In this document: positions 11,677 through 27,169 of the stretch, one piece after another
Numbering within the stretch: position 1 is the first letter of the stretch
Layout: each line of letters begins with the position of its first letter
DNA from: Bugula neritina
Lineage: Eukaryota; Animalia; Bryozoa
NCBI GenBank assembly: GCA_964035545.1
Contig: OZ037766.1
Location: 28,689,673-28,753,672 of the forward strand
Length of the DNA stretch: 64,000 nucleotides
Direction: 5' to 3'
Made by a program: the position numbers and the translations under genes
The notes under the pieces: generated by a model
Databases searched by the model: none
The model's input: the letters and a program-made list of their open reading frames with translations, nothing else
What the model was told of the DNA's origin: nothing

Positions 11677-14444
11677 ATGTCTAAAGAGGTATCCTTTGAA
11701 GACTCTAGCAAAACAATTCAAGCGGATTTAGATAGAAATGATGACGAATATGCAAATACAGCAGCTAGGATTGTCAATGATGCTATAAATGATGCTATCC
11801 ACCAACTTGAAAAGCATTTTGCAGAAGAATTGGGATTTGACTTTCAAGGGTCAAATTTAAATGATGTAAAAGAAAATATTGCAGAGATGTTTGATGAAAA
11901 AATTACAGAATATGACCGAACTAAAACTCCATTGCTGATAGATGCTAGCCAACCAAAAAAAGAAACTCAAAACATAGAGTGGATGACTATTGACAATTTT
12001 GGACGTGACATCGCTGAGTCTAAGATTGATGAATTTATAAAAAATGTAAGCTACAATCACAACTTGATATTTAGTTTGTTTATGTTACCAACTTGTGTTA
12101 TTTTTTTACGTTTTAAAGGCAGTAACTTCTAATGCATTAATAACCAAACTTTCTGAACTGCAGTCACCGATGAAAACATTGTAATGCTAAAACTATTTCC
12201 ATATTTGTTAAATTCATGTGTGTAGTTATAGACTTTTCAAATTCAATACTGAAAAAAGTTAAATATCCCTTTAAATTTTTTTCTAGACGTGACTAGCTAT
12301 TGAAATAAGATCTACTAAATTCAATATTTAAAACATGCAGCCTAAGGCTAATCTGACTCTACTTATTTGGAGGTTTCTGTAAGATTGCTGCAATAATTGT
12401 TTTTAAATATTTTTTAAAAATGAGAATCTAGATTTGTAAATAATTTTAAAATTACTTTTTACACATAATATTGCATTCATTTTTAAAGTTATTAGTAAAA
12501 AAACTATTAACAGTATCTTTTCATTTTAGATGATTTACTGAAAGGTGTTTGACTTTTTTCAATTTCTATTTTAGATGCATCATTAGTTTTGTAATGGCTA
12601 ATAGTATATAGATTTTAAATTCTATAGTTTTATTCTTCTAGTAATGTATATTTGAAGTGTTTTTTAAGCATCTTGCAACATCAAGACCTATATTGTCATA
12701 CTGAAAAACATTTGAAGGCCCTTTCAGATTAAAAGTATGGTTTCTAAAATAATTATTTATCCAAACACTTTTTACTACTTATGTAGTCTGACTAACTTTT
12801 TTCATTTGATGTAAATGTGTTGCAGACATGGAAGTATGAGAATAGTTGGTTATACTGTATTGACTACCTCGGGGAAGAGGAGCAGATGTATGACATGCGA
12901 TATAACTTCAAAGTGCGATGGAGTATTCCCACCAGGAGAAAGCCGATACCTCGTGCCACTGCATCTGTTTACTTCACTTTCTCAGTGTCGAAAATTAAGC
13001 CAGGGGTATGTTAAGTCCGTAAACTATAAGAAAATCACAAGGATGCTGCTAAACTAGTAGAATAATAAATTTGTTATCTTTTTGCTGTTTTCAATAAATG
13101 TTTATATTTAACTTACTCAATATTTACTTATTGAACATACTCATTATCTTTTCAATAAGCATTGTCAATATATATTTATAGAACATACTCAATATTCATT
13201 TATTGAACATTATCAATATATCTACACATTGAACAATAGACCTAATATTTACTGTATCTATTTAATACCTCCATCATGATCTATTAGGTTTCATTGTTTG
13301 ATTTGAATTAAGAATCAAATTTCATGACCTTGCATCAAAAATTTGCAATTGTGGTAACTGATGCATTACATTTGTAAATTTTATAATAACTATTTTAATA
13401 ATCTACATGCCGTGTATCAATTTTTATGTTATGTTTTAGCATTTCCCTGTTGATGTGTATTACGTTTTTGAAACCAACAGACTGGTGCACAGGTAAGCTT
13501 TTACTTAATTAATATGTTTTTCTAAGTATAACTGATGTTTTTAAAGTAATTACATTAACAATTGTAATTTCTATTGATTTATGTGTAACTTTAAAGTTAT
13601 GAAACAAGAGATCACTCAGTGACATGTAGGCTGCTAGGAGATTTTTAGATGATTTTGGCTATGAATTTACTTTTTTGAATTAATTATTACATTAGGCATT
13701 TACACCTATAAAGTTTAGAAATTAAATGTCTTTAATTTTATTTCGATGAAAACAATTTGCAAACTAATCTTTGAACCAACTTAACCAGTTTTCCATGAAC
13801 TACAATCTATAATACGAGAAGCCCTGGCATGTAAGAATTTCACTTCTATCTATTTATTAAAAATTAATTTAATAACAGTAAAAGTATGTGAAAATAGTTT
13901 GAAAGTATCACAATTACTCTGTCAGATGAAAAGAAGTTTATAATCACTATTCCTGTGAGAAAACCCTTAATGTAAAGAGTTTTTGTTAACATGGGCTAAG
14001 GACTTAATAAGATGAGGCACAGAGGCAATTATGACTGGATGCTCTTCCTAACATCATCAACGGCCTTTGTCTGGGCTTAAACCCATAACTTCATGCTTAC
14101 TAGGCAAATACTCTAACCCCTGCTCCCTTACTCTGTCAAAAAATCTTAGGGCTAAATTAAATCAAAAAACGAATTTTGTAAATCTGCAGCCACTGCTTAG
14201 CCTGGTCAACTCTACTGAAATAAAACTTCAAATGATATGCAGTTTTGGCTTTTTACATAATGTATATGAAAGGCATGTTTGCAAGCTGTTTCTAACTTAC
14301 TTTTATTTATCCTATGCAATACTACTTATAATCAATAATTTAACAAATGAATGTTTTAGGCCTGGAAAATCTATTTTCCGAGAGAAATGGCTGAAAGATA
14401 TCATTGAAAGCAAAGTACAGCTTTACCAAGCTATGACCTTTTAG
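11677..14444 (+). CDS. AKAP14: A-kinase anchor protein 14 (AKAP28)-like axonemal protein
   Basis: Exons 11677-12045, 12826-13005, 13440-13492, 14360-14444. Amphipathic AKAP-type helix AARIVNDAINDAI, then NIEWMTIDNF...TWKYENSWLYCIDYL...YNFKVRWSIPTRRKPIPRATASVYF...[34 protein letters not shown], the AKAP28 domain pattern. AATAAA at 14618-14623. Confidence 0.88.
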
Positions 14445-15838
14445 AAGCACAACATAGCCTGCAAATGCATCTTTTGAAAGCCATCAAGATACAAGGAAAA
14501 GTAACTCTATTTCTACTCTAGAAACTGCCTTTGTGTTATTGTGTTTATCAAAGTAAACTATATACTACATATATAGAGAAACAGTTTTATATATAAACCT
14601 CTATATACTTTTTTCACAATAAAGTTTATTCACTAAAATAATAAAATATGTTAAATTTTAAAACACTTACTTGTTTGACTATTTCTTGCTGTTTAGTACA
14701 CATTGTTGTCTCCACATGATATTGCTTACATAAGCTAAATGTGCGGAAGGTTCCACCCCCCCCCCCCATTTACTTGATAACTGTTTACTACAAAATTTGA
14801 TTTAGTATTACATAGAATGAAAATTGAAATAATATACTACCCAAGCATATAATATAACCCTAACCATATCAAAATTATTGTTTTATGAATTGTTTAGGAG
14901 TTATTTTCTCTTGACTTGTTGATGGTTATTACTTTGAAAAAAAAGAAGATATTTTTTGTATATTTGTATTTGTATTGCTTATTAAAAATTATACCACATG
15001 TTTTCAAATTTAATTACAGTTTTATTTGAAATTTATGTACAGAGCAAGTGATAAAATATACACAAACAGCAAAATATGACTCGCTAATGTAAAATTTGCA
15101 GGAACTTGCTCTAATTAGAACAGTGTCCTACAAAATGGCTGAAGCACCTTGGGTAGTTGGCTTTACTACAAATATTATAATTACATATACAACAGCAAGT
15201 GAAGTTATAATCACCCTAATGCTGGCAATATATCATATACAATATAATATAATAATATATAACATAGTATCGTATCAACTGAAAACTATGCACAAAATGA
15301 ATTTAATTGCAAAACAATAAATTTTATAGTTTATATAACTAGGACAGCACTAGTTAAAACGGCAGATTAGTTGCATTCAAGAAGTTGTACTCCCCTGCAC
15401 AAAAACAATGATTAATTAGATCACATTGATCAAAACGTAATAATATGTTATAAACAACAAACTGATATTAGGATGCTATAGTATTCTGCAGTTTAATTAC
15501 AAAATCGTGTACATAAAATTTATAATACAGATGCAATAACAAATATGTTACAAATTAGTTTGTTAACAATACACAATAATTATAGGTTTTATTAATAGCT
15601 TAAATTGACTTAGTTACTTATTTAACAAATGGCATAAAACAAACAGGCCATAAAATAAAAATTAATATTCAAAAGGTAAATTTTTGAAATTAAATTGCAT
15701 GCAAATTTTTCATCATTAAGAAATTGAATACAGTTTGTGTTAGAAAACTAAATCAAAGTAATATCTTGATAGTAATTAGCTGCACAATGAGAATACATAA
15801 AGTCATTATATTATACAACTGTATTCAAACTAATAGCT

Positions 15839-18800
15839 TTAGTGCCACTGAAAGACACACCAAAACAAGAACAGTACCGATAGCCTTAGATCATAAGTTG
15901 TAGCTATGGAATTTGAGTGTGGCCCAGAATAAATATCTTCAATATACCTTTCTAAAGCTCTTACCCTGGGTACCCTAGTATCTAAGGCTGCACATCCCAT
16001 AAACCTACAAGTAGTCATGGTGATAGGAAAGAATTGCTTTCAAATATAGTGAAGACAACTCTCAATAATATCAGCTGAATGATCATAGTGATAACATGGA
16101 CGATTGTTGTAAACTATTTTGACAGCGAATTAATTAAATTTATAAAACTGGTGTAAAACCATTAACTTTCACAATGCAGTCTATTATTCAGAGTTCGACA
16201 CTGTAGAGTACCATCAAGCAAATCAACTTAGATTGATTATAAAATTTATATAACAGAAAGATATATGAGGAACAAACAAATAATGTTTTAAAGAAATTAT
16301 GAGTGTAATGTACCTTTCTTCATCATTGCAGTTGAGCTCATCTTTACCCAAGTCAAATGGACTCCTCCCTCGAAACCTAGCTGGACTGGAACACAGAAGA
16401 TTCTTCGTCAGATCCCTACTGATATTAGGAGCTAGCTCCACCATCCACTGAATGTTACAGTCACACCTCAGTGGACTGTCTGACCAATCAATGCCTCTCA
16501 CACAGTCTAAACCCTCCAGAGTTTCGCACATCAATGTACTTACATCCGTACTCTTCAACTTTATTACAGTAACCTTGCCTATGCCGACAAACGCGTACGG
16601 CATGACGGAACGTAATCTTGAACTGTGGAAATTTATCGTCGTGACATTATTCACGCCATAGAAGGAATAAGCCTCCAGTTTGCGAATCTCACTGTGAGTA
16701 AAAGAAATCAAACTGATGTCCGAGAGGCCTTTGAGACTGTAACCATCCAGTCTTTCAGTTTGAATTTGATTTAAGTTTATTTGCATGATTGAGCTAACAT
16801 TCTTGAATGCATTAACTTCGATTGTGTATATGGGATTAGCAGACAAGTCGAAGATGTCGGTGTGATGTAGACCAAAGAATGCGCTACTCTCTATGATCTG
16901 AATGTCGCAGTTGGCCAAGTTGAGCTCCCGGAGATTGCCGAGTCCGGCAAATGCAAAAGACTTGACAGTTCTGATGAAATTACCTAAAAGCATTCACATA
17001 ATCAAAGTTATTTCATCAAATTTAACAACAATACTACAATTTATGTTTATAATAGCGCAACCATTTTAAAGAGAGCATAACTCTATCCTAAAAATAAATT
17101 GACTGTTTTAAGTACAGAGAAATGAATGATAAATGGTAAAAATATGCATATTTTGCACATGCAACATTCTTGCTTATACTGCTCTGGTAAAAATAATTTC
17201 CACATATGGAAAACTTGACAAGTGCAACACATACAAAATATACACAATATTATTAGGCTTCTTATATTTAATTAATAAAATTCTGATACTAGCTGTAATT
17301 AACCAACACAATATGAACAGATATGTGGCCAAAAGGTTATTAGCAGCTCTAAGGGTGTAAGCAGCTTGCCACCAGGTATATGAACCCTGCTGCTGCCTCT
17401 GTTTCACCTGCTGCCGCCTTCAGATGCTGATATTAACTTTGGATACTTGATCATTAGCTTTTACTGGCTAAACTAAATTTACTGAACAAACATCCTAGTT
17501 ACTGGAACTGGTGTTAATATAAAACTGCATCAGCTGTTTCTACCCAGAATAGACATTCATAAAGATGGAATTATCTATTTATTGTGTTTATTATATAATA
17601 ATACATTTCGTTACGTAATATATTTATGGTGAATGTATATAACACATATGGGCTCAGAAGGTTTTGTTGTGCAGAATTCTATAAATAAATTGCTAAAAAT
17701 GAATCTGGCCAAAAGCAAGCATGTCTAGCTTAAAACAATCATCACCAAAATCTTTTAGAAAATTCAGAAATGCCCTTCTTGAAGAACATATAATACAATC
17801 TTCTCAGTCTGGAAATAAAGGTAAAATATCGTTGGCAGATATTTGATTGTATGACTTGACTACAAACTCACCTCTCAGGTCTAGTCTATGTAGATAAGAC
17901 AACCCAAAGAACGCCATCTTCTGAACATCTGTGATACCACAGCTTTTACAAGAGAAGACCTTCAGTGCTGGAGAGAACTGAGCCAACGCATAACTGCAAA
18001 AGAGTGGATAAAATGAAATTTAAAGGGGGCAGAAGTCAATACTATTCATTTTAAAAAATAAAATTATTATCTGTTACAAAAAGAACAATAGGAACAAAAA
18101 TAATGTTTTCTGATACAACTCCTTAAAGGCAATATATGTCATACACCTGTAGAATTTGACCACTAATAATTATAGGGATCAATGAAGATAGTATATCACT
18201 ATATAATATCTATACCTGTATATAGTAGTGTAGAGATATTTAACTGTATATAGAAGTGTAGAGATATTTACCTGTATATAGTATTGTAGAGATATTTACC
18301 TGTAGAGAGTAGTGTAGAGATATTTACCTGTATATAGTATTGTAGAAATAGTTACCTGTAGATTGTAGTGTTGACGGAGGTGGAGTCTAACAGAAGCTCT
18401 CCTGTGTTTGGAGGTGTGGAAGCTGGCCAGTTGAGGATTCGGGAACATTTTACCCTCAAACCAAACTGTGGGTCTGTCTATAAAATAGGAAACCAGGGTT
18501 ATGTCTTTTTAGAAAAGGAAATAATGAGAGTCAGTGTTGAAGGCAGAAGGGGGGAGAAAGGCCAAACCAATAGATGGATGTCATAAGATCAGATATATGA
18601 AAGCATGGAGACTACTGGATTTAACTATTGATTTTTCAAATTCTAGGATTGAATGTCAGTATGGTGAAGATTATTTCTTGCAAAACTTAACCACAATACA
18701 AAATTCACAAGATTTGAAAAAAACTCTATTATATAAGATTACAAATGGTACATACACACAAGTAGTGACTAAAGGGTGGGATTTCAAAGATTAAAGAGGC

Positions 18801-21800
18801 CTGTACTATACAAGTGTTATGAAGTTGTGGTTATCATCACTTGATGTTATTATAAGGGTAGTAGTTCTAAAACTTGACTCATCAAAACAAACTTTCGTAC
18901 TGATTTTATATCCGTTCAAAGAGCCGTGAAATATGGTAGCAAAATTAGCTGTATTTTTCAGCTTTATGTTTCTACATCAACTATATATGACTTCTTAGCT
19001 TCGTTTATTAGGTGAGAAGTTAAAAGTTAGTAGATAGTGCATATGCACTATCTGTTAGTGTAGTAAAAGTGTAAAACTGGTTAATAAAAAAGAGTGTTAG
19101 CAATGAGGTACTGCATAAACTTAGTATTTAGTTAAGTTGGAAAGAAACATGAACAAATAAAAAACAGTCTTAAGGAATTGAAAGTTAGAAATATATAACC
19201 TTACAAGTTATTCTCTATAATATAGTGTATAGATATAGATCATGCAATATATAATACAAATATAATATTTATTTGTAAAAACTATGGCAGTCTTTGTAGG
19301 AACAAGAGGTGTAATAACTACTGACTATTAGTGGTAAAATTGCATAAAACACTAAATTAAACATACACTAAACTGTAGCAAAATCATGTTTAGAAATACA
19401 TTCAATATAAAAAAATAATTTATATTATTTATGTTATGAGCAGCTTATAGCTTTATATCTTTAATCCTAAGTTAGTTGAATGGTCCATTGATAATACCCA
19501 GCAGTATTCCACTCAAATGCAACTTAAAGAAACAACTCAGGAGTTATTCTCTCATTTGGATTGCATTAGGTGAGCATTCAAGTGAATAATTTATTTGGAA
19601 ATTAATACCTGATGTGCCAATACAGCATCTACTTGAAACTCAGTGAATTCATCAAATGCTGTCATTAATGTTATTATTAAGAACATATTATTTGATTTGT
19701 AAGTAGGGTATACACCTCATGCTTTCTAAAGTAAATACTCCACATGCATTACTTATGCATGCAGCTGCCCACTCTCATATACATCTTAATATAGAAACAT
19801 GTATTATGTTGAAACAACTAGATGTATACTATATCAGGGGGAAATATCTGAATTATTGACAAAAAGGAGATGAATGTCATGCCTGTGGGAAAGGTGACAA
19901 CTTTAAATGACAAAATATTGATTCTAAAAAGTAAAAAACACTGCTTTTGATAAAAATTCCTTATAAACTATGTACATGGATATTGGTATTTTTAAACCAT
20001 ATTTCAAATAAACAACATATGAAAAATACATTGTTTTCAAGGTACACTGAAAAACAATCTTTTTACTGAATTGAAAACTATAAAATATTCCATAAAAGAA
20101 ATTAGATATTTAATGTAAGAAACTGAAGTACAGAAATCTTTTTCTAACATACTATTTATATTTTAAATTATCAATGCATTGGCATTATTACAATTCACAT
20201 TCCCATCACAAAACATGCATGCTGAATCAGAACCTATCAACACCAACTTTAGCTGGTAAGTTGATCAGCAGGCGTGTAATCATGCTACAGAATCCCTAAT
20301 TATTGATGGACAACTTCCAAAACAGCTAATCAAGTATAACAGCCAGGGAAAGGGAGGATGGAGTTATACATAAATATAGATATAATTTAATAGATGACTG
20401 ATTCACACGCAACAGCTACCACAGTTAATAGCTACATGTCAAGCTGCCAGTTATTAGAAATCCAATAATTGCTTTCTGTACTCCAGTTGTTGTAATGGCT
20501 AGACTTGGGAGGAATGAAATAATTAGATGTATTATCCTGGTGACTTGGTTATAGTCCCTGACTGGTCCTCATGGGAATAGCTCAGTAGTATTCCTTCTCC
20601 CACAGTTACATAATACTTTGACAAGCCAATCCTTATATAGAAGGAGGGAACTATAGTAATTTTATACAAAAAGGCCTCAAGAATTCAAGCCTGCATAAGT
20701 CTAAGGTGCTTGTGAATTGATATACATATACCGTCTTACCATAGATCAATCTCAGCATCTAAGTCTTGACATGAAATGTTATATTATTATGTTGTTCTAA
20801 AAAAAGCTATCAACTTACAGTTATTAACAAAGGTATATTAAAGCTAATAAGAAAACTTCTCTGCTTTATTTACACAAAATTTTCCTTCCAGCATTAAAAT
20901 ATTACAATTTTAAGCAACGAAATTGCGGAAATTGATCATAAAATGAAATAAGAAATGATGCACTGAAACTGCTATCAACACGTATACTCCGTTAAGTTGA
21001 ATTATGAAACATCACATGATAGCAGAGGTCAGTATAGCTATTGGCATAATATAACTTGTTAACTACTTCAACTGTAAAGAATGTGTCCAGTTACAGGTTG
21101 GAAGTCTTACAGGGAAGCTAGACTCAACCGTGCACAGCTTATAAACCTATATTACAGAGTTGTTGTGCCGGTGTAGCACGTCTTAAACATGTCAAGATAA
21201 TACACTTAAGCACATTAGATGAGATTTAAATCATGGCTGTAGTTATTAATAGCTGATGATAAGTATTCCCTATAGGTGTAAGCATAAAGCTGTAGTGTTT
21301 AGTTGTAATCTATAGTTATGACCTTCAGAAAAGATGAAATTCAATGTCATAACTACTCTCTAATAATGAATCTTTAATTAGAAATGCATGTGTTCAAAAG
21401 CTGGGAAAACAGGCAGTGCGAAATCGTACTACTCAAAAAACTTAAACTAGGCAATGAGTGAAAGTTTATTAACTAAGTTTAAAATCCTTGGAGCCTAAAA
21501 AGTTATAGGAACTGTATAATTATATTTACAATTGGTTTTCAAGTTGATTTTTTCGTGAGTCATTAAATGTTAATTTAGTGACAAAGAATTTCACTTTTTA
21601 AACTGATTATTGAAAAAAGTATAAACACCGTTAGTCAGCTTGCATTTCCGGTAGTAATATACCACCTTTTTAACTACTACTGAAAGGACAGGCTATTCCG
21701 AATCTACCAGCACATGACGCAGCGTGGTTACTGCACTGGTAGTGGTTACTCACGTGACCAACATATTATTACAAATAACTTAGCACGTGGTATGGTAGTG

Positions 21801-24800
21801 CAGCCGACATCACGGGTCAGCTAATACGAGCCCCACCCTCACACCCACAGCTGCGGATATCATTAGCTCATTATGGAAGTTGACGAAATGACATTGAGAT
21901 GTCGATTCTGAGCTGATTCATCACTGAATACAAAGAAATGCCATTAACTTGACGAGACAGGCAGCAACTGCTGGGATAAAGCCACAAACAGTAATTAATA
22001 TGATATCCCACATCCTTACTAGTTTAGTAATAAATAAGGGCATCATAATAATGGGGGTTGATGGAAACCAGCAATGAAAAATGAAAGAGACATTAAACAC
22101 TGATAAAAACTTTTGCTTAGCCCAGCTTCAAATTTTATTGTTTGTCAGTAAGTTTGTTTCACTTCAGTGGGTAGATAATTTCTTATGCTATTATTCTTTT
22201 GTGTTAGAATTACAAGTTCTCACCGACCGACCGACTTGTACAATGAGGTAAATGATTGTTTTAATATAGTTACAGCTTTTAAAGCCCCAGTGATGAACAT
22301 TATATACAGCTCTACACATGCCCAGCTTTACAACACTGAAATTAATCAATTCTATAGGAGTATACAATTCCACTAACAAAATGGTTATTTGAGTCATTAG
22401 TAATGCATAATTTATAATTTGCATAAAAGTTTAAAGTATAATTTACAAATCTTTCATATGATGTATAATATTGCAAGCTGATTCGTCTATGATGCTACAA
22501 TCTACAAGTTGCGAAGGAGAAATAACACTATACTGGGTATTAATTTAAAATTTCGTAGGTAGATTTTGATGCTGCAAACTTTTATTTACTATTCTTGCTA
22601 CAAGTATTATATGAAAATTTCCACATCTAAAACATATATTATAGTATATTAAATGTATATACAATTACGGCCCCAGTCACCTCTGGCATATCAGATACAT
22701 CTTGTACTAACCACTAATTGTTTTAATAAATAGTTGTTTCAGCTATCACGTCATAAGTTACACAAAGAGACAATGGGGAAAGAGTCAACTACTTTATTGA
22801 TTTGTAACTTGCACTAGAGTCTGATATTTTCATAGCTTTGTCACTGTTACACCGCAAAAATTGACTTCTACAGTAATTTATTGTCTAATATAGAGGTCAA
22901 AGCACTGAGACAATGTACTAACCGAACAATGCACCATTGTTACTCAGCAAAGACATGCCAGGGAAAATGAAAGCCTTGCACAGTCTATGGGCAGTGAATG
23001 TCAAGAATTAGTCTATAAATATTGCAATTATTACTTCATTAGAAAATTAATGAATCGTAAAATATTATATTGCACCCAACTACAAAGCTAGTAACTAAAA
23101 TATCATTGGTAAGAGGCCTCCTATCATTACAAGGCTAATGTTTATTATCCTATAATATAATATTATACATACTATTAAAATATAAACTATTATATATGAG
23201 TTATAACATAATAATATAATATAAACACTGTATACGCATATGATATAGCATATATTATCATGTAATATTGTATACTGTATATATTATATATAGGCATATT
23301 AGTATTTTTATAATACTGTATAATACAGTAAATATGTGCTACATACTATAAGTTATTATCGAGATATATATAATATAATAATATATAATATTGAATGCTT
23401 GTACATGTGTGATGTTGACTGAGTCACATATAGCTGAGTTCTATCTCTCAGTTTGGTAGGGTACATTAAACTCTTTTGGATCTCCAAGTTTAACTATCCC
23501 CGGGAGAATATGATAACAAGAAAAGAGGCCTTTATGGAATTAAATATGCAGCACTCAGTATAGATTAGCATGGTAGTTGTTACTGTCCATGTGTCCTGGG
23601 CGCAAAATAAAAATATTTAGGTGGATGGAACATTTCCCAGTTCCAAGAAAGGTTTATGGAGTTGAAATAAACACTTTAATGCTATAATAAATCACAAATT
23701 GGTATAATATGATAGTATATTTCTCATTCTAAGCACATTAATATTTAGAACTGCCTTGGTTTGGTTGCAGAGACCTTTTAAGAAACCTACAGAAAATTTC
23801 TTTGAACTTTGACAGCTAATTTAAATAGACTATTTAACATGTCATTTACTTGATATATGTGGGTGGTTGTGTTATTTACTCTAAGGAATGGTTGCTCAGT
23901 TCGAGGCACTGTTTCAACAGATTGAGTAGAATTACAAGAAATCAGTTCATGCTAATTAGTATTACATAAAGATTTTAGACTTTAGCTTAAGAATCAAGGA
24001 TTAATTGCCTAGGAGAGGCATTGTTTGGAATCTAGCTTAGTTCTCACTGATGCAGGGGTTTGGCAGATCCCTCCCCTACCCAGACTGCATCAGTTGTTAG
24101 GAAACTTTGCTAATCAGCACGTTGATTAGTTGAGCTTTAGTAATAGAGGTAATAATATGATTATACGATCAATTGGTATCCATAACTTTGGATACACTGG
24201 AGAGTTGATACTCTGAATTAACTCAACTAATAACAAAGTCAGCAAGCTGTTGGAAGTTAGAATGCCTGCTGCCACTCCCTTACAACTAATCACGTGTAGT
24301 CATTTCAGTTATGAAGTAAGCATGCAGTACTAGGCTTAATACATACGCTGGTTTAAATGGTATCAATGAAAGTGTAGTTAATATTAAAACAGGTCTTCAC
24401 TAAAATTGGAAAATGTGCAAAACATTATCATTTTGAATTTAAATTAGCTGGGATGAAACTTTTTGTTAAACTATAGTTTAAAATTACCGAAACCATTTGC
24501 ATTTTTTAGATATCCTATATTGAAATTAAAAACAATTAATTATATAAGAGAAATGTGAAAAAATTGAGCTTGAAACTATTGCACGTCAGCTAGTCAGCAA
24601 GTTTATAGGGCTACTGAATCATTTGGTGTAAACAAGGGCGTAGAGGGTTTGAAAGCAAGATATAATTAATTTATTTTCCAGATTCTGATACACTGGGTCA
24701 TGACATGTGACTACAGGGTGTAATATAATATTGGGCTATCTATAGTTTCTAACAATGACGTGTAGAGATGCAAATGGGGACATAATTAGCAATACATGAA

Positions 24801-27169
24801 GGGGGCAGATGAACTTACTTTGAACTGACTGACCTACCATTCTGCTTATCTAAATTCAGCTAACCAAAGCCACATCTCAACTATCAGCTGATGGCAATAA
24901 CTTCTCCACTATAAATATTTATGTTCTTCACTAAATTTAATAAGTTAATATATCCAAGGAGCACAAGTAGGCTGAGAGAAGCTAAACTCAAGTATGGTTT
25001 ACAATGATGTCTTATGTTCATGTTATGTTACATCTTATGACCTGTGCTGGGGTGGTCAATGTAATTTGATAGAGATATATACTGTAGAGTATAGTAGGTT
25101 GTCTTGGAGAAACGGTATTGGCAATATTGATTTTCTTGTTTCTATCATTAGTGATGGTGGACATAGAGCAAGATTATCAACCTTGCATAAAGACTATTCA
25201 AGTCAAACATGGTGACTAATACAATCATTATTGATCCTGACTTGATCAACACAGACAATCACATCACTGTGTTAAATCTTCTCCCACTTTTGGCTAATTA
25301 GCCACCAACTCACTTGTCAAAAAGCTGATTGCTTTGTTCGTTTACTCCTTATTCAATACATCTTTTGTTTATGCACTTTTGTTATGTCTTCTTTCCTGAT
25401 GTAATTCTTACTTATACTATTCTCTAAGGTATCTAGGTTTTGCCTTACGTTGATCAAGCGCTATTCAAAGTACCTTTATTTATATAAGTGTTTGTTTTTC
25501 AAAAATTATTCATAAAAACTACATAACATCTCAACAACTCTTGCACTTCAATAAACCAGTAGATCTTAAACATCAAGGCAAGCCAAAGTCTCAAATATCA
25601 ATAGATCAACGGTGATGAGTCATTTGATTGGGAAATCAGCTGTATCTTATGGAGTAGCTGTTATACATCAATGTGATTCACAAAGACGTAGTACCACTTC
25701 CATAACAATAATAACAAACTTGCCAGTCAAGTCAAACCAGCTGGGTATCAGGGAATGTGGTAATAATTATTAATTAATATACATTGCTCTACATCTAGCA
25801 TCGTGTTCCAAAACTACACCAAGTGCAGTTGGCTAGGGATCAAACTTTGTCAATCATGGTACACGAATTACAAACCTGTTTCAATAGAGATAACATCCTA
25901 TTTGTTGATTACAACAAACCAACTTCACTTCCGAACACAAATTCTGTTACACTGCTTTGCGTGTTGTTAGTATTCAGAAATTCAAACGCTAGCTTAATAT
26001 AATTTAGTGCCAAGGGACATTATTAATACTAGACATACATGGCTAGAAGAATGGACCAGCAAGACAGTATCAAATACAGTCTGAGGGTTGGTCATATTCA
26101 TCAGAATAATAAGTAATATCCCAGGAGTTCAAACCCTCCTCTACACAGTTAAAGATGTTCAAGTAATTCTACCCACTACTATGCTCAAACTTGAGTTTAC
26201 AGAAAATATATTAAATCAAATTTTTACTATTTATGGTTGTCTAAAGCTTATAATAAATATAATGGCTACAGTAACATAGTTGACTAGAACACTGATGATT
26301 TATGGTATAGTATAACTATCCAGCTTATTAACCACTGATGACGTGATGAGTTATGGTATTGATAGATTCATTACAAATAACTGAAAGATGGTCATTTTCT
26401 TCTGGTATTGTTTCACATCATGGTATTTAAGAAGAAACATGATGATAATGACTTCCTAAACTAGACTGGCAGAGTGGCAATATGAGGAGGAATTTATATG
26501 CTAGAGTAGTGCAATATAAATATGAATATGGACAACTCTATAAGTACATAACATAGAGTCAATGAAGGGGGGGGGGGACTGTTAAACATAACAACGTGGT
26601 ATATAGGTGTAAAACAGTTTTGCTAGTGGGTAAAGCCTGGGCTCTAACAAATATCACAAGAAGCTGCGTTTGGGTAAATTTAAAGAGCTATGACCCAAAT
26701 CGAAATGTTTAATTAATATTAATAATCATAATCAAAAATTGAAGCTAAAAATGAAACACCCTTCTTTATCTCAACCTGTGTACACAACTATTCATCTTAC
26801 TTTTAGTACTACCATTATCATTGTGATTAGATTCATAAAATGATAAATATTAATATTAAATATTATTATGATAAAATTTTAATATGGTTGAAATAAATGC
26901 CAGACCTTCACTGATTTAGATTCAGTTTGATAAGACAGACTCACACTGTGATACTGATGAAAGAAAAAAATGACAACTTTAGTTAATATATTACTAACAT
27001 AATGACTTACTTGACAGCTGCAAGATTCGGCCAAAGCAGACGGTGATGTAGCTGGGGTTGGCCATGGCTGTGGACAAGAAATGTCTTGTAAACCGGAAAC
27101 TATATTCCATGTAGATATTATTAGAGATGTTTGAAAAAAGGCCAGAGATCCGAATAGCCACATGATCAT
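15839..27169 (-). CDS. Secreted, probably GPI-anchored leucine-rich repeat protein (signal peptide, LRRNT, LRRs, LRRCT), 412 aa
   Basis: Exons 27011-27169 (signal peptide MIMWLFGSLAFF..., CP...CSCQ), 18356-18477, 17872-17993, 16314-16983, 15839-16004. Total 1239 nt in frame. LRRs such as LHRLDLRGNFI, LRELNLANCDI; LRRCT SPLRCDCNIQW...CSSPARFRG. Hydrophobic C-terminus LSVLFLFWCVFQWH*. Confidence 0.85.
18211..18370. repeat. 28 bp tandem repeat overlapping an LRR-gene splice donor
   Basis: acctgta recurs at 18214, 18270, 18298, 18326 and 18354, with the variant aactgta at 18242. Confidence 0.9.
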
